A stretch of DNA of 64,000 bases from a virus (taxonomy: Duplodnaviria; Caudoviricetes): the IMG/VR virus record IMGVR_UViG_3300035703_000088, positions 1,460 to 65,459 of that record, one strand, 5' to 3'. This document shows, piece by piece, positions 20,669 through 28,260 of this stretch. Under the pieces are notes generated by a model. It did not search any database and was not told the DNA's origin. It worked only from the letters and a program-made list of their open reading frames with translations. Position 1 is the stretch's first letter; each line of letters starts with the position of its first letter. Both the position numbers and the translations under genes were made by a program.

Positions 20669-20962
20669 TCAGTAACCAGCCCGAGGGTTGCTCTTGCAGG
20701 ACTTGCACGCCTCACTGCTGGCATCGTTGATCGTGCCACACGAACCGCACTTCTGCATCTTGACCATGGTCTTGTCGCCGGTAACACCAGCCTCGTTCAG
20801 TTCCTCACGGCGCTTCTCAGCACGGGGGACTTCCTGACTCGCACGGTAACTGTCAGCGTCCTTAGCCGCTCGTGAACGGGTCGGGCGAGGGGTCCGTCCG
20901 GTCTCGTACTCACCGTAAGTGGAACCCCCACGGGAATGGATAGCAGGAAGTATTTTTGCCAT
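20669..20962 (-). CDS. Hypothetical protein with C-terminal Zn ribbon
   Basis: CGSC...CKSC; RBS AAGGAG. Confidence 0.65.
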   Translation of the reverse strand: MAKILPAIHSRGGSTYGEYETGRTPRPTRSRAAKDADSYRASQEVPRAEKRREELNEAGVTGDKTMVKMQKCGSCGTINDASSEACKSCKSNPRAGY

Positions 20963-20976
20963 GGTTTCTCCTTATG

Positions 20977-21468
20977 TTAGCGCCATGCTGGTGCTAACGA
21001 TTTTAGCATGCTTCTACGTTGCATATCTATAACTTCAGGGTTAGGGCGCTCCAAACCACGGGCAATTCCACGGGGTCCGACCTTCCCGTCATTGACTAGG
21101 ACCGCAGGCTCAGCCCCTGTTGGGGCGTACTTTTTGCCCTTGGATTGCAGGACTAGCCCAGTGAGCAAATTGAACTCGTTAGGCCAAATGTAATCCCCTG
21201 CATTAATACGCTCACCCTTATGTACGCCTCTAGAATACGAGCGCTGGTTGGCTCGGGCGACGGCATTCGTCAGTTTGTCCTGACGGCGGTTGCTGGACAT
21301 CGTCCCGAGGTAACCATCGGGGTACTGGGTGTCCGGGGTGGAGCCAAATGCGGAAAGACGCTGGTCCTTAGCGTTACGGAATACGGGGGTAGGACCAAGT
21401 AGCGGAAGGGTGCTACCTGAGTTGCGATTGCCGTCAGGGCTGGGGCCGGTGGTAAATGCGTTAGTCAT
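20977..21468 (-). CDS. Hypothetical protein
   Basis: YPDGYLGT...RGVHKGERI; TAATG coupling. Confidence 0.65.
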   Translation of the reverse strand: MTNAFTTGPSPDGNRNSGSTLPLLGPTPVFRNAKDQRLSAFGSTPDTQYPDGYLGTMSSNRRQDKLTNAVARANQRSYSRGVHKGERINAGDYIWPNEFNLLTGLVLQSKGKKYAPTGAEPAVLVNDGKVGPRGIARGLERPNPEVIDMQRRSMLKSLAPAWR

Positions 21469-21608
21469 TACCTATCCATGCCAGTACCGGCACCGCTGAG
21501 CATACCTCCCTGAGAGCCACCACCGAGGGGGGTAATGGGGCGAGGTTTACGAACGCCCCGCTTCAAGAACTCATTGCGAGGGTCAGGTCGGTATGCATAT
21601 TTTGCCAT
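21468..21608 (-). CDS. Small hypothetical protein (MAKYAYRPDPRNEF...)
   Basis: 46 aa read manually; 1-nt stop/start overlaps on both sides. Confidence 0.5.
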   Translation of the reverse strand: MAKYAYRPDPRNEFLKRGVRKPRPITPLGGGSQGGMLSGAGTGMDR

Positions 21609-21766
21609 CAGTCGTACTCATCCCAGTCGTAATCTCGGAACTTTGTCTTCTTACTGTTCTTACCGCTCTTCTTATTGGAGTAGTAAGTCTCTTCGTCGTC
21701 ATCATCGGAATACCCAAGGTCATTGAGCATCTCGTCCCATGACAGGGGGTCTAACGGGCCTTGCAT
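21608..21766 (-). CDS. Small hypothetical protein (MQGPLDPLSWDEM...)
   Basis: 52 aa read manually; RBS AAGGA; TGATG coupling. Confidence 0.5.
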   Translation of the reverse strand: MQGPLDPLSWDEMLNDLGYSDDDDEETYYSNKKSGKNSKKTKFRDYDWDEYD

Positions 21767-21815
21767 GTTTAATCCTTATACTTCTTCTTTTTGATCATAG
21801 GGTTACTACGGTTTA

Positions 21816-22943
21816 TCATCTGCGGTTCATCAGGTTGGACAACACCTTGGGCGGCTTCAGAGTGGCGGGCTTAGCCGTACTCGCCATGTCAGCCATAGCG
21901 GCTTCTTTAGCCGCCTGTGCTTCCTCAGGACTAACGGTCTCTTCGTCACGTTGGTGTGCGATAGACCGCTTATCCACATAGGTAGTCGGGTCTTGTTCGG
22001 CGGCTTTCTTTTCTTCCCAAGCCTTCTTAATGTCGTCGTCAACCCAAGTCTGCATGGTGGAGTCACCAACACGACCACGGAGACCGGCGAGACCGCTGGG
22101 CTGGCTGGTAGCGCCCGTAGAAGGCCGGTACGGCTTGGTACCCGTGTCTTCCATCATGCTCTTGATGGACTCGTGGTAGTTCATCAAACGCTCGTAGATG
22201 TCAGCGTCTTCCTGCCGTGCCTGCTCAGGTGCGACTCGCCTACTGCGGATAAGGCGGGGCGCTTGGCTTTCTCGGGCAGTACTCTGCTGTGTACCAACAT
22301 CACGGAAAGCGCTTGGGTTAGTAACCTGCTCAGCAAACAAAGTGGGGTGAAGGTGGGGGGGAATAAACGTCCGTTCTTCTTCATCCGCATCCCAATCTTG
22401 ATGGATAGGGATGTTTAATGCCTTACGAGGCATTGCGGGTCCCGTCCTCGTGTCAGTGCGTCGGGGGGCAGAACCAACACTCAGGGTGCGGTCGCCAAGA
22501 GGCGTGGCTCGGTGCGTACCGACGAACGTGGGGACATCAGGACCAACTAGCGAAGGCGAAGGGCGGTCCCGAATCGGTTCAATCGGTGCTTCTCCTCGCT
22601 TACCCATCTCACCAAGGGCTCGCTGAACAGTAACGGTCTCGGGCTCGGGAGCCGAGCGACCACCTGCAACACGCTCACGGAACTCTTTGTCTGTCTCAGC
22701 CGGTCCAGCAGACTCACGCCACATCGTGGTGTCTTGTCGTGGTGTGCCGATACCCATGTAACGCTCAGCCCGACTGATCTTGCCCATAGCGACCTGATAC
22801 GCACGAGAACCCTCAGTGGGCGCAGAGGTACTAACAATCGGTGTGCCCACGACCGGCGTAGCAGTCGTTGCGCTAGGAGCACCAGCATCTTTGCGGGGGC
22901 GACCACGCTTCTTGGGGGCTTCACCGGGCTTCTTACGGGGCAT
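21816..22943 (-). CDS. Disordered protein with N-terminal AT-hook
   Basis: PKKRGRPRK; RBS GAGGT. Confidence 0.65.
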   Translation of the reverse strand: MPRKKPGEAPKKRGRPRKDAGAPSATTATPVVGTPIVSTSAPTEGSRAYQVAMGKISRAERYMGIGTPRQDTTMWRESAGPAETDKEFRERVAGGRSAPEPETVTVQRALGEMGKRGEAPIEPIRDRPSPSLVGPDVPTFVGTHRATPLGDRTLSVGSAPRRTDTRTGPAMPRKALNIPIHQDWDADEEERTFIPPHLHPTLFAEQVTNPSAFRDVGTQQSTARESQAPRLIRSRRVAPEQARQEDADIYERLMNYHESIKSMMEDTGTKPYRPSTGATSQPSGLAGLRGRVGDSTMQTWVDDDIKKAWEEKKAAEQDPTTYVDKRSIAHQRDEETVSPEEAQAAKEAAMADMASTAKPATLKPPKVLSNLMNRR

Positions 22944-22945
22944 AA

Positions 22946-23236
22946 TTACCTCACTACAGGCTTAAATGACATAGCACTTATTGTAGTCCCTTTTTCACCT
23001 TCAATATCATCAAATCCTATCACAAAGGTAAGATCAATACCCCGAGGGGCGACGAAACCTCGTGCGATAGCGCACGCCTTAGCGGCCTGATTCACGGCTG
23101 ATGCGCCGATGGCACGCATACGGGGGGATTGCCCAGCGATAACGGCTCGGGCCATGATAGAACCCACGCTTTGGGGGTTACTGCTTCCGGACACCTTGAT
23201 GATGTCATCAACGGATGCGTTCAGTTCTTGCGACAT
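22946..23236 (-). CDS. spoVS: SpoVS-family (Alba-fold) nucleic-acid-binding protein
   Basis: IKVSGSSNPQSVG...AIGASAVNQAAKACAIARGFVAPRGIDL. Confidence 0.9.
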   Translation of the reverse strand: MSQELNASVDDIIKVSGSSNPQSVGSIMARAVIAGQSPRMRAIGASAVNQAAKACAIARGFVAPRGIDLTFVIGFDDIEGEKGTTISAMSFKPVVR

Positions 23237-23276
23237 TCTGTACTCCAATATGTAAGGGTTGTGTAGCCCTTAAATA

Positions 23277-23642
23277 TTAGAAGTAACCGGCCTCTTTCAA
23301 TAAGTCTACGAGGTCACAAAGACGCAAAACAGCGTAAGTATCACCTAGAGAATTAACCCCTTTATTTGGGCGCTTAACAACTAGGGCAGGAACTGCGTCA
23401 CCTTTGACCTTGGCTTGCTTGACGGTGTCGTCTAGCCATTGACTCAACTGGAAGGCTTTTTGATTCTTGCACTGAATGATGGCATTACGACCCGTGTTAC
23501 GGTTTTTTATGCCATTTATATCACCAGTGTCATCACCGGCCTTGAGTGGGGTGCGCTCAGCATCGGGAAACCCGTTACTGTTGAGATAGTCCTTGATCAT
23601 TGTCTCAAAGGACGTACCTTTTTGCTTTGCTTTATTGGCCAT
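23277..23642 (-). CDS. Holliday junction resolvase (Hjc-like PD-(D/E)xK)
   Basis: KQKGTSFE...DTGDI...IQCKN. Confidence 0.75.
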   Translation of the reverse strand: MANKAKQKGTSFETMIKDYLNSNGFPDAERTPLKAGDDTGDINGIKNRNTGRNAIIQCKNQKAFQLSQWLDDTVKQAKVKGDAVPALVVKRPNKGVNSLGDTYAVLRLCDLVDLLKEAGYF

Positions 23643-23823
23643 CACGAGCCATTAGTTCAATTAAACGGCGAAGTAACACAGTAACTTCCTGCACGGACTC
23701 ACGAATCTCTTGGATTTCCGTATGAATCTTGTCCATGGCCTTACCACCACCGAACTGGTACAGGTCTTTTTGACGGGCTAGGCGAGCATTTGCTTCTTCA
23801 GCGGCTTTGTTAGGAGTCAACAT
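23632..23823 (-). CDS. Small coiled-coil protein
   Basis: 63-aa ORF in the operon. Confidence 0.55.
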   Translation of the reverse strand: MLTPNKAAEEANARLARQKDLYQFGGGKAMDKIHTEIQEIRESVQEVTVLLRRLIELMARDGQ

Positions 23824-23998
23824 GGGTAAGCCTTTCCTGCTTTAGTTGGTTAACTTCGGCCTGTAGCCGTGCAATCTCATCCTGAAGGGAGTCAATCAAG
23901 GCGACAGTTGCCTGAAACCGTGGTACATCGTAGGTTATGCCAGAAGGGCTGGAGATGGATTGGTGGTCTTTGAGCCAATCGTAAACATTAGGGTCCAA
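23810..23998 (-). CDS. Small coiled-coil protein
   Basis: TTG start chosen to minimise overlap; LQDEIARLQAEVNQLK. Confidence 0.5.
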   Translation of the reverse strand: MDPNVYDWLKDHQSISSPSGITYDVPRFQATVALIDSLQDEIARLQAEVNQLKQERLTHVDS

Positions 23999-24485
23999 AG
24001 CGTTGCATCCTTCCGTCTTTACCGCTAAGTCCAATGCGTCGTGAGAGTTCACGAGACAATAATTGTGCACCACGCTCGCAGGAGTCAAACATGGTCTCTA
24101 CGAGTTTACGGTAAGCACGAGCGGCTTGGTACGACTCCTGCTGTGCCACCACCATGGGATCAACGTCTCGCCGTGCCTTGGCTAAGGTAACTCGGTCTGC
24201 CTTATCGGCTGAGTTCCACTGCCCGATCAGGATCGTGGACTCAGACAGACGGCACTTGTGAGACTGTTTTTCCTCGTCAATCTCAGCCATCACCAGTTCT
24301 GACTGTGAGTACGAGACCCACGCCATGAACTCACGATACAGGCTCATCAAGTCCGCGTCGGACAACCCGTCTAGGTCCCGGGGTATCTCCGGAGGCGCTG
24401 ACCCCGGTCGTGCTGGGAGGCTGAACTTGCTCTTGAACTTCTCCACCGGGTCTGTCGCTGGTGTGGTTCGTACTATCCGTGTCAT
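23988..24485 (-). CDS. Helical protein, possibly a UvsY-like recombination mediator
   Basis: All-helical, in the RecA/nuclease cluster; function inferred from context. Confidence 0.45.
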   Translation of the reverse strand: MTRIVRTTPATDPVEKFKSKFSLPARPGSAPPEIPRDLDGLSDADLMSLYREFMAWVSYSQSELVMAEIDEEKQSHKCRLSESTILIGQWNSADKADRVTLAKARRDVDPMVVAQQESYQAARAYRKLVETMFDSCERGAQLLSRELSRRIGLSGKDGRMQRFGP

Positions 24486-25356
24486 CGTCTCCCCAACATT
24501 TACTCTTGTATGGACATGTTTTACAGGTGCTGTGCGTGATGCTGTTGGCCCACATGGGGCGCATTGGTGGGCGCTTGCCGTCTAAGTGCGCCATGATACT
24601 GGCGCAACCAGTCAATATGTCGTCAATGATCTCCGGCTGAAACCGGACATTGAACTCCTTGACATCCTGCGTCGGCTTCCACTCGTAGATGAACGCCAAA
24701 CTGTGGATGCCGGTGCAGAACATGTACAGGTTGGCCTGCCTCAGATGGGACGGGAAGGGCTTTCGTACCCTGTTCCACATCTCGTCAATAGTGATCTCAC
24801 CCTTAGAATAAGGTATGAAAATGTCAGGTGCTTCAAACCTGAGGGTCCCGACACCAACGCTCTTGATTTCAATCAGCGTTTCAAGGTCCTCCTGAACAAC
24901 GAGACCGTCAGCATGACCGGTGATGTTGTACTCCTCGTTGCGGATGGGCACTTCACGGTAACGGAGATGTGTGGAGTTGCAGGTGGGGCAGTGTTCTCCA
25001 CCGATGCCCTCCCAGCGGTGCTCACACTCTTGGCACTGCCACCAGCCCTTGAGGACACCGGCGTGCCACAGCCAAGTCTGCCACTTGTTATGGATGGCGT
25101 TACCTTCAGCAAAGATGTTGAGCAGGTTGAACCCCGGGGCAGTTGCTGGGCGTGGGAACCCCATGAGTCCGTACCACGAGGAACGAGGGCACCAGTTCTT
25201 TTTGCATATCTCGCTGGGGTGTAGCCCTGATGTGTCTCTCTTAGCCTGAGCCGTGGCGTTATCAAGGGCCGACTGAATGCGGACGATGGGGAGAATGACG
25301 CCCTTGGACTTGGCGTTCTCCTTGAGTTGCTCAAGTATCCACTTGTTATTCCCCAT
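24331..25356 (-). CDS. Cas4-like PD-(D/E)xK exonuclease with Fe-S Cys motif and Zn-ribbon insert
   Basis: HPSEI...CPR, GNAIH, GHADG, IEIKS, QANLYM, CKTCPYKSKC. Confidence 0.85.
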   Translation of the reverse strand: MGNNKWILEQLKENAKSKGVILPIVRIQSALDNATAQAKRDTSGLHPSEICKKNWCPRSSWYGLMGFPRPATAPGFNLLNIFAEGNAIHNKWQTWLWHAGVLKGWWQCQECEHRWEGIGGEHCPTCNSTHLRYREVPIRNEEYNITGHADGLVVQEDLETLIEIKSVGVGTLRFEAPDIFIPYSKGEITIDEMWNRVRKPFPSHLRQANLYMFCTGIHSLAFIYEWKPTQDVKEFNVRFQPEIIDDILTGCASIMAHLDGKRPPMRPMWANSITHSTCKTCPYKSKCWGDDDTDSTNHTSDRPGGEVQEQVQPPSTTGVSASGDTPGPRRVVRRGLDEPVS

Positions 25357-25684
25357 GGGTCATCTCCAAGAAGTCGTCCTCCGTGAGTATGACATAGCGC
25401 TTACCACCTAAGTCAAACTGCAATACAGGGATACGGTCTTCACGGAGAGCAACTGCCTCTAAGTCCCGCAGGTCTGTGAACTTGATGGAGTAGGACTTGG
25501 CGTTGTCAGTAAACTTATTCTCAATAAGAAAATGCTCAGACCGAACGTCGTTCTTCCTGAGCCATCCTGACCCTGAACCAGCGTTACGGCTACCACGGTA
25601 TGCCTTTGCGGTGCGCTCTTCCTGTTTCCGTGACTTCTTGTTGATAGCCCGTCTTGTGCTCTCTCCATCGGAGCCGATGATCAT
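25346..25684 (-). CDS. PD-(D/E)xK nuclease (resolvase-like)
   Basis: SRKQEER...GSGSG...NDV...LIENK. Confidence 0.7.
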   Translation of the reverse strand: MIIGSDGESTRRAINKKSRKQEERTAKAYRGSRNAGSGSGWLRKNDVRSEHFLIENKFTDNAKSYSIKFTDLRDLEAVALREDRIPVLQFDLGGKRYVILTEDDFLEMTHGE

Positions 25685-25842
25685 GCAGAAACCTCGGACT
25701 GTCGGCATTCGTGCTGTAGTTCGCAGTAGCAGTCGTAGTACGGAAACTTCGTAAAGCAGGTGTCGCACACGGTCACGTTTGGGTAATAAGTAAACCCTTC
25801 GGGGCGAGGTTCGTCGCAGGAGAACTCGTCGTCGTCACTCAC
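25681..25842 (-). CDS. Small Cys-rich protein
   Basis: 53 aa read manually (SDDDEFSC...CDTC...CYC...HEC); coupled at both ends. Confidence 0.5.
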   Translation of the reverse strand: MSDDDEFSCDEPRPEGFTYYPNVTVCDTCFTKFPYYDCYCELQHECRQSEVSA

Positions 25843-26023
25843 CACGCACCTCCGTCCACGCGTCTAGCGCATCATCCCATTGTCCTGTGCGGATGCCTTG
25901 TGCGAGAGCATCGCCTGCTTCCCGTAGGCGTTCAATCTCCTTGATGGCATCGCGCACATCCTGGGGGTCGGGGTGAATCATTTGTAGCGATTCCCGCAGT
26001 CGGGTCACAATGTCATCACTCAC
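25835..26023 (-). CDS. DDIVTRLR...EIERLR family small protein, copy 2
   Basis: Paralog of 26016-26360 with shared termini. Confidence 0.65.
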   Translation of the reverse strand: MSDDIVTRLRESLQMIHPDPQDVRDAIKEIERLREAGDALAQGIRTGQWDDALDAWTEVRGE

Positions 26024-26360
26024 CACGCACCGCCTTTTCTTCCTCTTTGAGTCGATGAATGTCGGTTCGTCGCCGTGCGGTAGAGAGAAAATCCGCACAG
26101 ACCCAGCAATGGAAGTCGGACGCTTGAAGGTCAAACCGTGCTTCCTTCAGACGCTGATTCTCGGCACGCAGTCGTTCAATCTCGTCGGCGGCCTTGATCC
26201 CGTCGCATGGCGACCATTGCTCGCAAACTTCGCATCGGTTCATGCGGTCACGAATTTGGGGGTCGGAGTTGTGTTCGGTGTGCTTGACCAACTCACCCAA
26301 CTTCCAGCCATATTGGATTGTGTGTTGTTTCCGCAGTCGGGTCACGATGTCGTCGGTCAT
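26016..26360 (-). CDS. DDIVTRLR...AADEIERLR family small protein, copy 1
   Basis: ATGA overlap with the recA stop; termini shared with the next gene. Confidence 0.7.
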   Translation of the reverse strand: MTDDIVTRLRKQHTIQYGWKLGELVKHTEHNSDPQIRDRMNRCEVCEQWSPCDGIKAADEIERLRAENQRLKEARFDLQASDFHCWVCADFLSTARRRTDIHRLKEEEKAVRGE

Positions 26361-27364
26361 GACGCAAAGTGCTTTCGGGCGATGTCAGCAAGTTTCTTCT
26401 GCAAGTCAACGTCTTCACGGACACCGAGGAGCAGGGCCTCTTTACCTTGCCACTTCTGACCCTCAAAATTATAGAAGGCACCGGCACGGGAGATTGCGTT
26501 GATGGAGATACCAATGTTGACGATGTCCTTGATCGTGTCAAAGTCACCGAGTTGGAACCCGTTGCCGTCAGCAAAGTAGAAGTCAACCTGTGCCGTCTGC
26601 TGGGGACGGTAGGTCTTGTTCTTCATGGTACGACCACGAATGGTCTGACCAATGGCTTCATCCTTGACCTTGATCCACTCATCACGCTTGACCTCTACAC
26701 GAGTGAAGTAATGGAAGTTCTTGGCCTTACCACCGGGGGTGGTCCGGTTGTCCCCGTACATGACGCCGATCTTTTCACGCCACTGGTTGATGATGAGGCC
26801 AGTACAACCACGATCATCACCAATGAGTGAGCGCTTCTGCGCCTTGCCGGACTTGCGGAAGAACTTGCCCGTCAGACGGGCTCCAAGACCAACCGTGAAC
26901 TCCTCCATTAGTTTCTCAGCCTCGTCGCCGGGGACGAGTGCGGGGAGGGAGTCCACCACGATGCAGTCAACCGCACGATTCTCAAGAGACTTGACGATCA
27001 GGTCGTAGGCGTGCTCCATCACGTTGGTTTCAACAATCCAAATGCGGTCTAGGTCCACACCAATAGCCTGTGCGTACTCGGGCACGAACTCCTCGGCGGC
27101 GATCCAGAGCACAACCCAGTCTGGGTCTAGGGCTTGGTTAGCGGCGATTGTCTTAAAAGCAATGGCGGTCTTACCGGATGACTCGTCCCCGATGATCTCA
27201 GACCATTGGTTAACCGGCCAGCCACCACCGAGCATTAGATCAAAAGCCAAGACCCCTGTCGTGATGCGGGGAAGTTCCTGATGCATCTCCGAGCCACGGA
27301 TGACGGTTCCCTCACCAAACTTCTTGTTCAATTGGGCAAAGATGGACTCAATGCTCTCGCTCAT
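26357..27364 (-). CDS. recA: RecA/UvsX recombinase
   Basis: EIIGDESSGKT, IVVDSLPAL, IINQWREKIGVMYGDNRTTPGG; RBS AAGGAG before MSESIES. Confidence 0.95.
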   Translation of the reverse strand: MSESIESIFAQLNKKFGEGTVIRGSEMHQELPRITTGVLAFDLMLGGGWPVNQWSEIIGDESSGKTAIAFKTIAANQALDPDWVVLWIAAEEFVPEYAQAIGVDLDRIWIVETNVMEHAYDLIVKSLENRAVDCIVVDSLPALVPGDEAEKLMEEFTVGLGARLTGKFFRKSGKAQKRSLIGDDRGCTGLIINQWREKIGVMYGDNRTTPGGKAKNFHYFTRVEVKRDEWIKVKDEAIGQTIRGRTMKNKTYRPQQTAQVDFYFADGNGFQLGDFDTIKDIVNIGISINAISRAGAFYNFEGQKWQGKEALLLGVREDVDLQKKLADIARKHFAS

Positions 27365-27383
27365 GTTGTGCTCCTTATTGTTG

Positions 27384-27755
27384 TCAGACGGCCCAAGAAG
27401 CCTGATCTGCTTGCATGTACTTCCCGTTCCACCCACACGAATAGCAACGTGGTGCAGGAGGATACCCGTTGACGGTGGTGCCTTTGGCACGGCTGAAGAC
27501 AAAGTTGCCTCCACACTCCGGACAACTCTGTGTCTCCTTACGAGCCGCCTCTCCACCCTTCCATGATCGGATGGCGTCTCCCATATGGATTTCTCCGTCC
27601 GGAGTAAGGCTAGGTGCCTCCTGCGGTGTCACCTGATGGACAGGCTGGGCCACGGCAGGAAACTGGATTGCCCCGGGGCGTGAGGGCATGGTTGACGGAG
27701 GTGTCCGTGGGGGGGAAGGCTGATTGCTCAGTTTCCGTGACCACCAGTCATTCAT
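27384..27755 (-). CDS. Zn-ribbon hypothetical protein
   Basis: CPECG...RCYSCG. Confidence 0.65.
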   Translation of the reverse strand: MNDWWSRKLSNQPSPPRTPPSTMPSRPGAIQFPAVAQPVHQVTPQEAPSLTPDGEIHMGDAIRSWKGGEAARKETQSCPECGGNFVFSRAKGTTVNGYPPAPRCYSCGWNGKYMQADQASWAV

Positions 27756-28260
27756 CGTCGTAATCCTCCCAATCGTCGTCTTCGTCGTCGTCCTCCATGA
27801 ACTCTATATCCCATTCGGCCGAGATGCCGGGAACCGAGAACAGTTGGATGATTTGGATAATCCTAGACAAGGGGTCTTGCTGGATAAGGAGTGGCAGGTC
27901 GTCAGCAAACTCTATGTCTTGGTTGACCTCTAACTTATTGCTATCTATGAGCATGCCCAGCAGAGAGACACCGAAGGAGGTGAAGAGGGCGACGGAAACA
28001 TCAGACTCGTCGTCTTCAAGTTTGTTTTGCTGACGGATGATCTCAGACAGCCACCGAGCGGACTTTTCTATGTCGTCCAATATGCCGGTGCGTTGAAGGC
28101 GTATCCACTTACCCAGCACATCGGTGGTTTCTTGCTCCATGACCTCCTCGGAGGGGGGAGAGAACCCTGCCAACTCGGCAATGCGCTGACCATCGGCGGG
28201 GGACATTGTGAGTAAGAAGGTGCGTTGATTCAACGGAGAAAGTTCGTCGTCGTCGTTCAT
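27748..28260 (-). CDS. Acidic hypothetical protein
   Basis: ATGA coupling to the polymerase gene. Confidence 0.65.
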   Translation of the reverse strand: MNDDDELSPLNQRTFLLTMSPADGQRIAELAGFSPPSEEVMEQETTDVLGKWIRLQRTGILDDIEKSARWLSEIIRQQNKLEDDESDVSVALFTSFGVSLLGMLIDSNKLEVNQDIEFADDLPLLIQQDPLSRIIQIIQLFSVPGISAEWDIEFMEDDDEDDDWEDYDDE

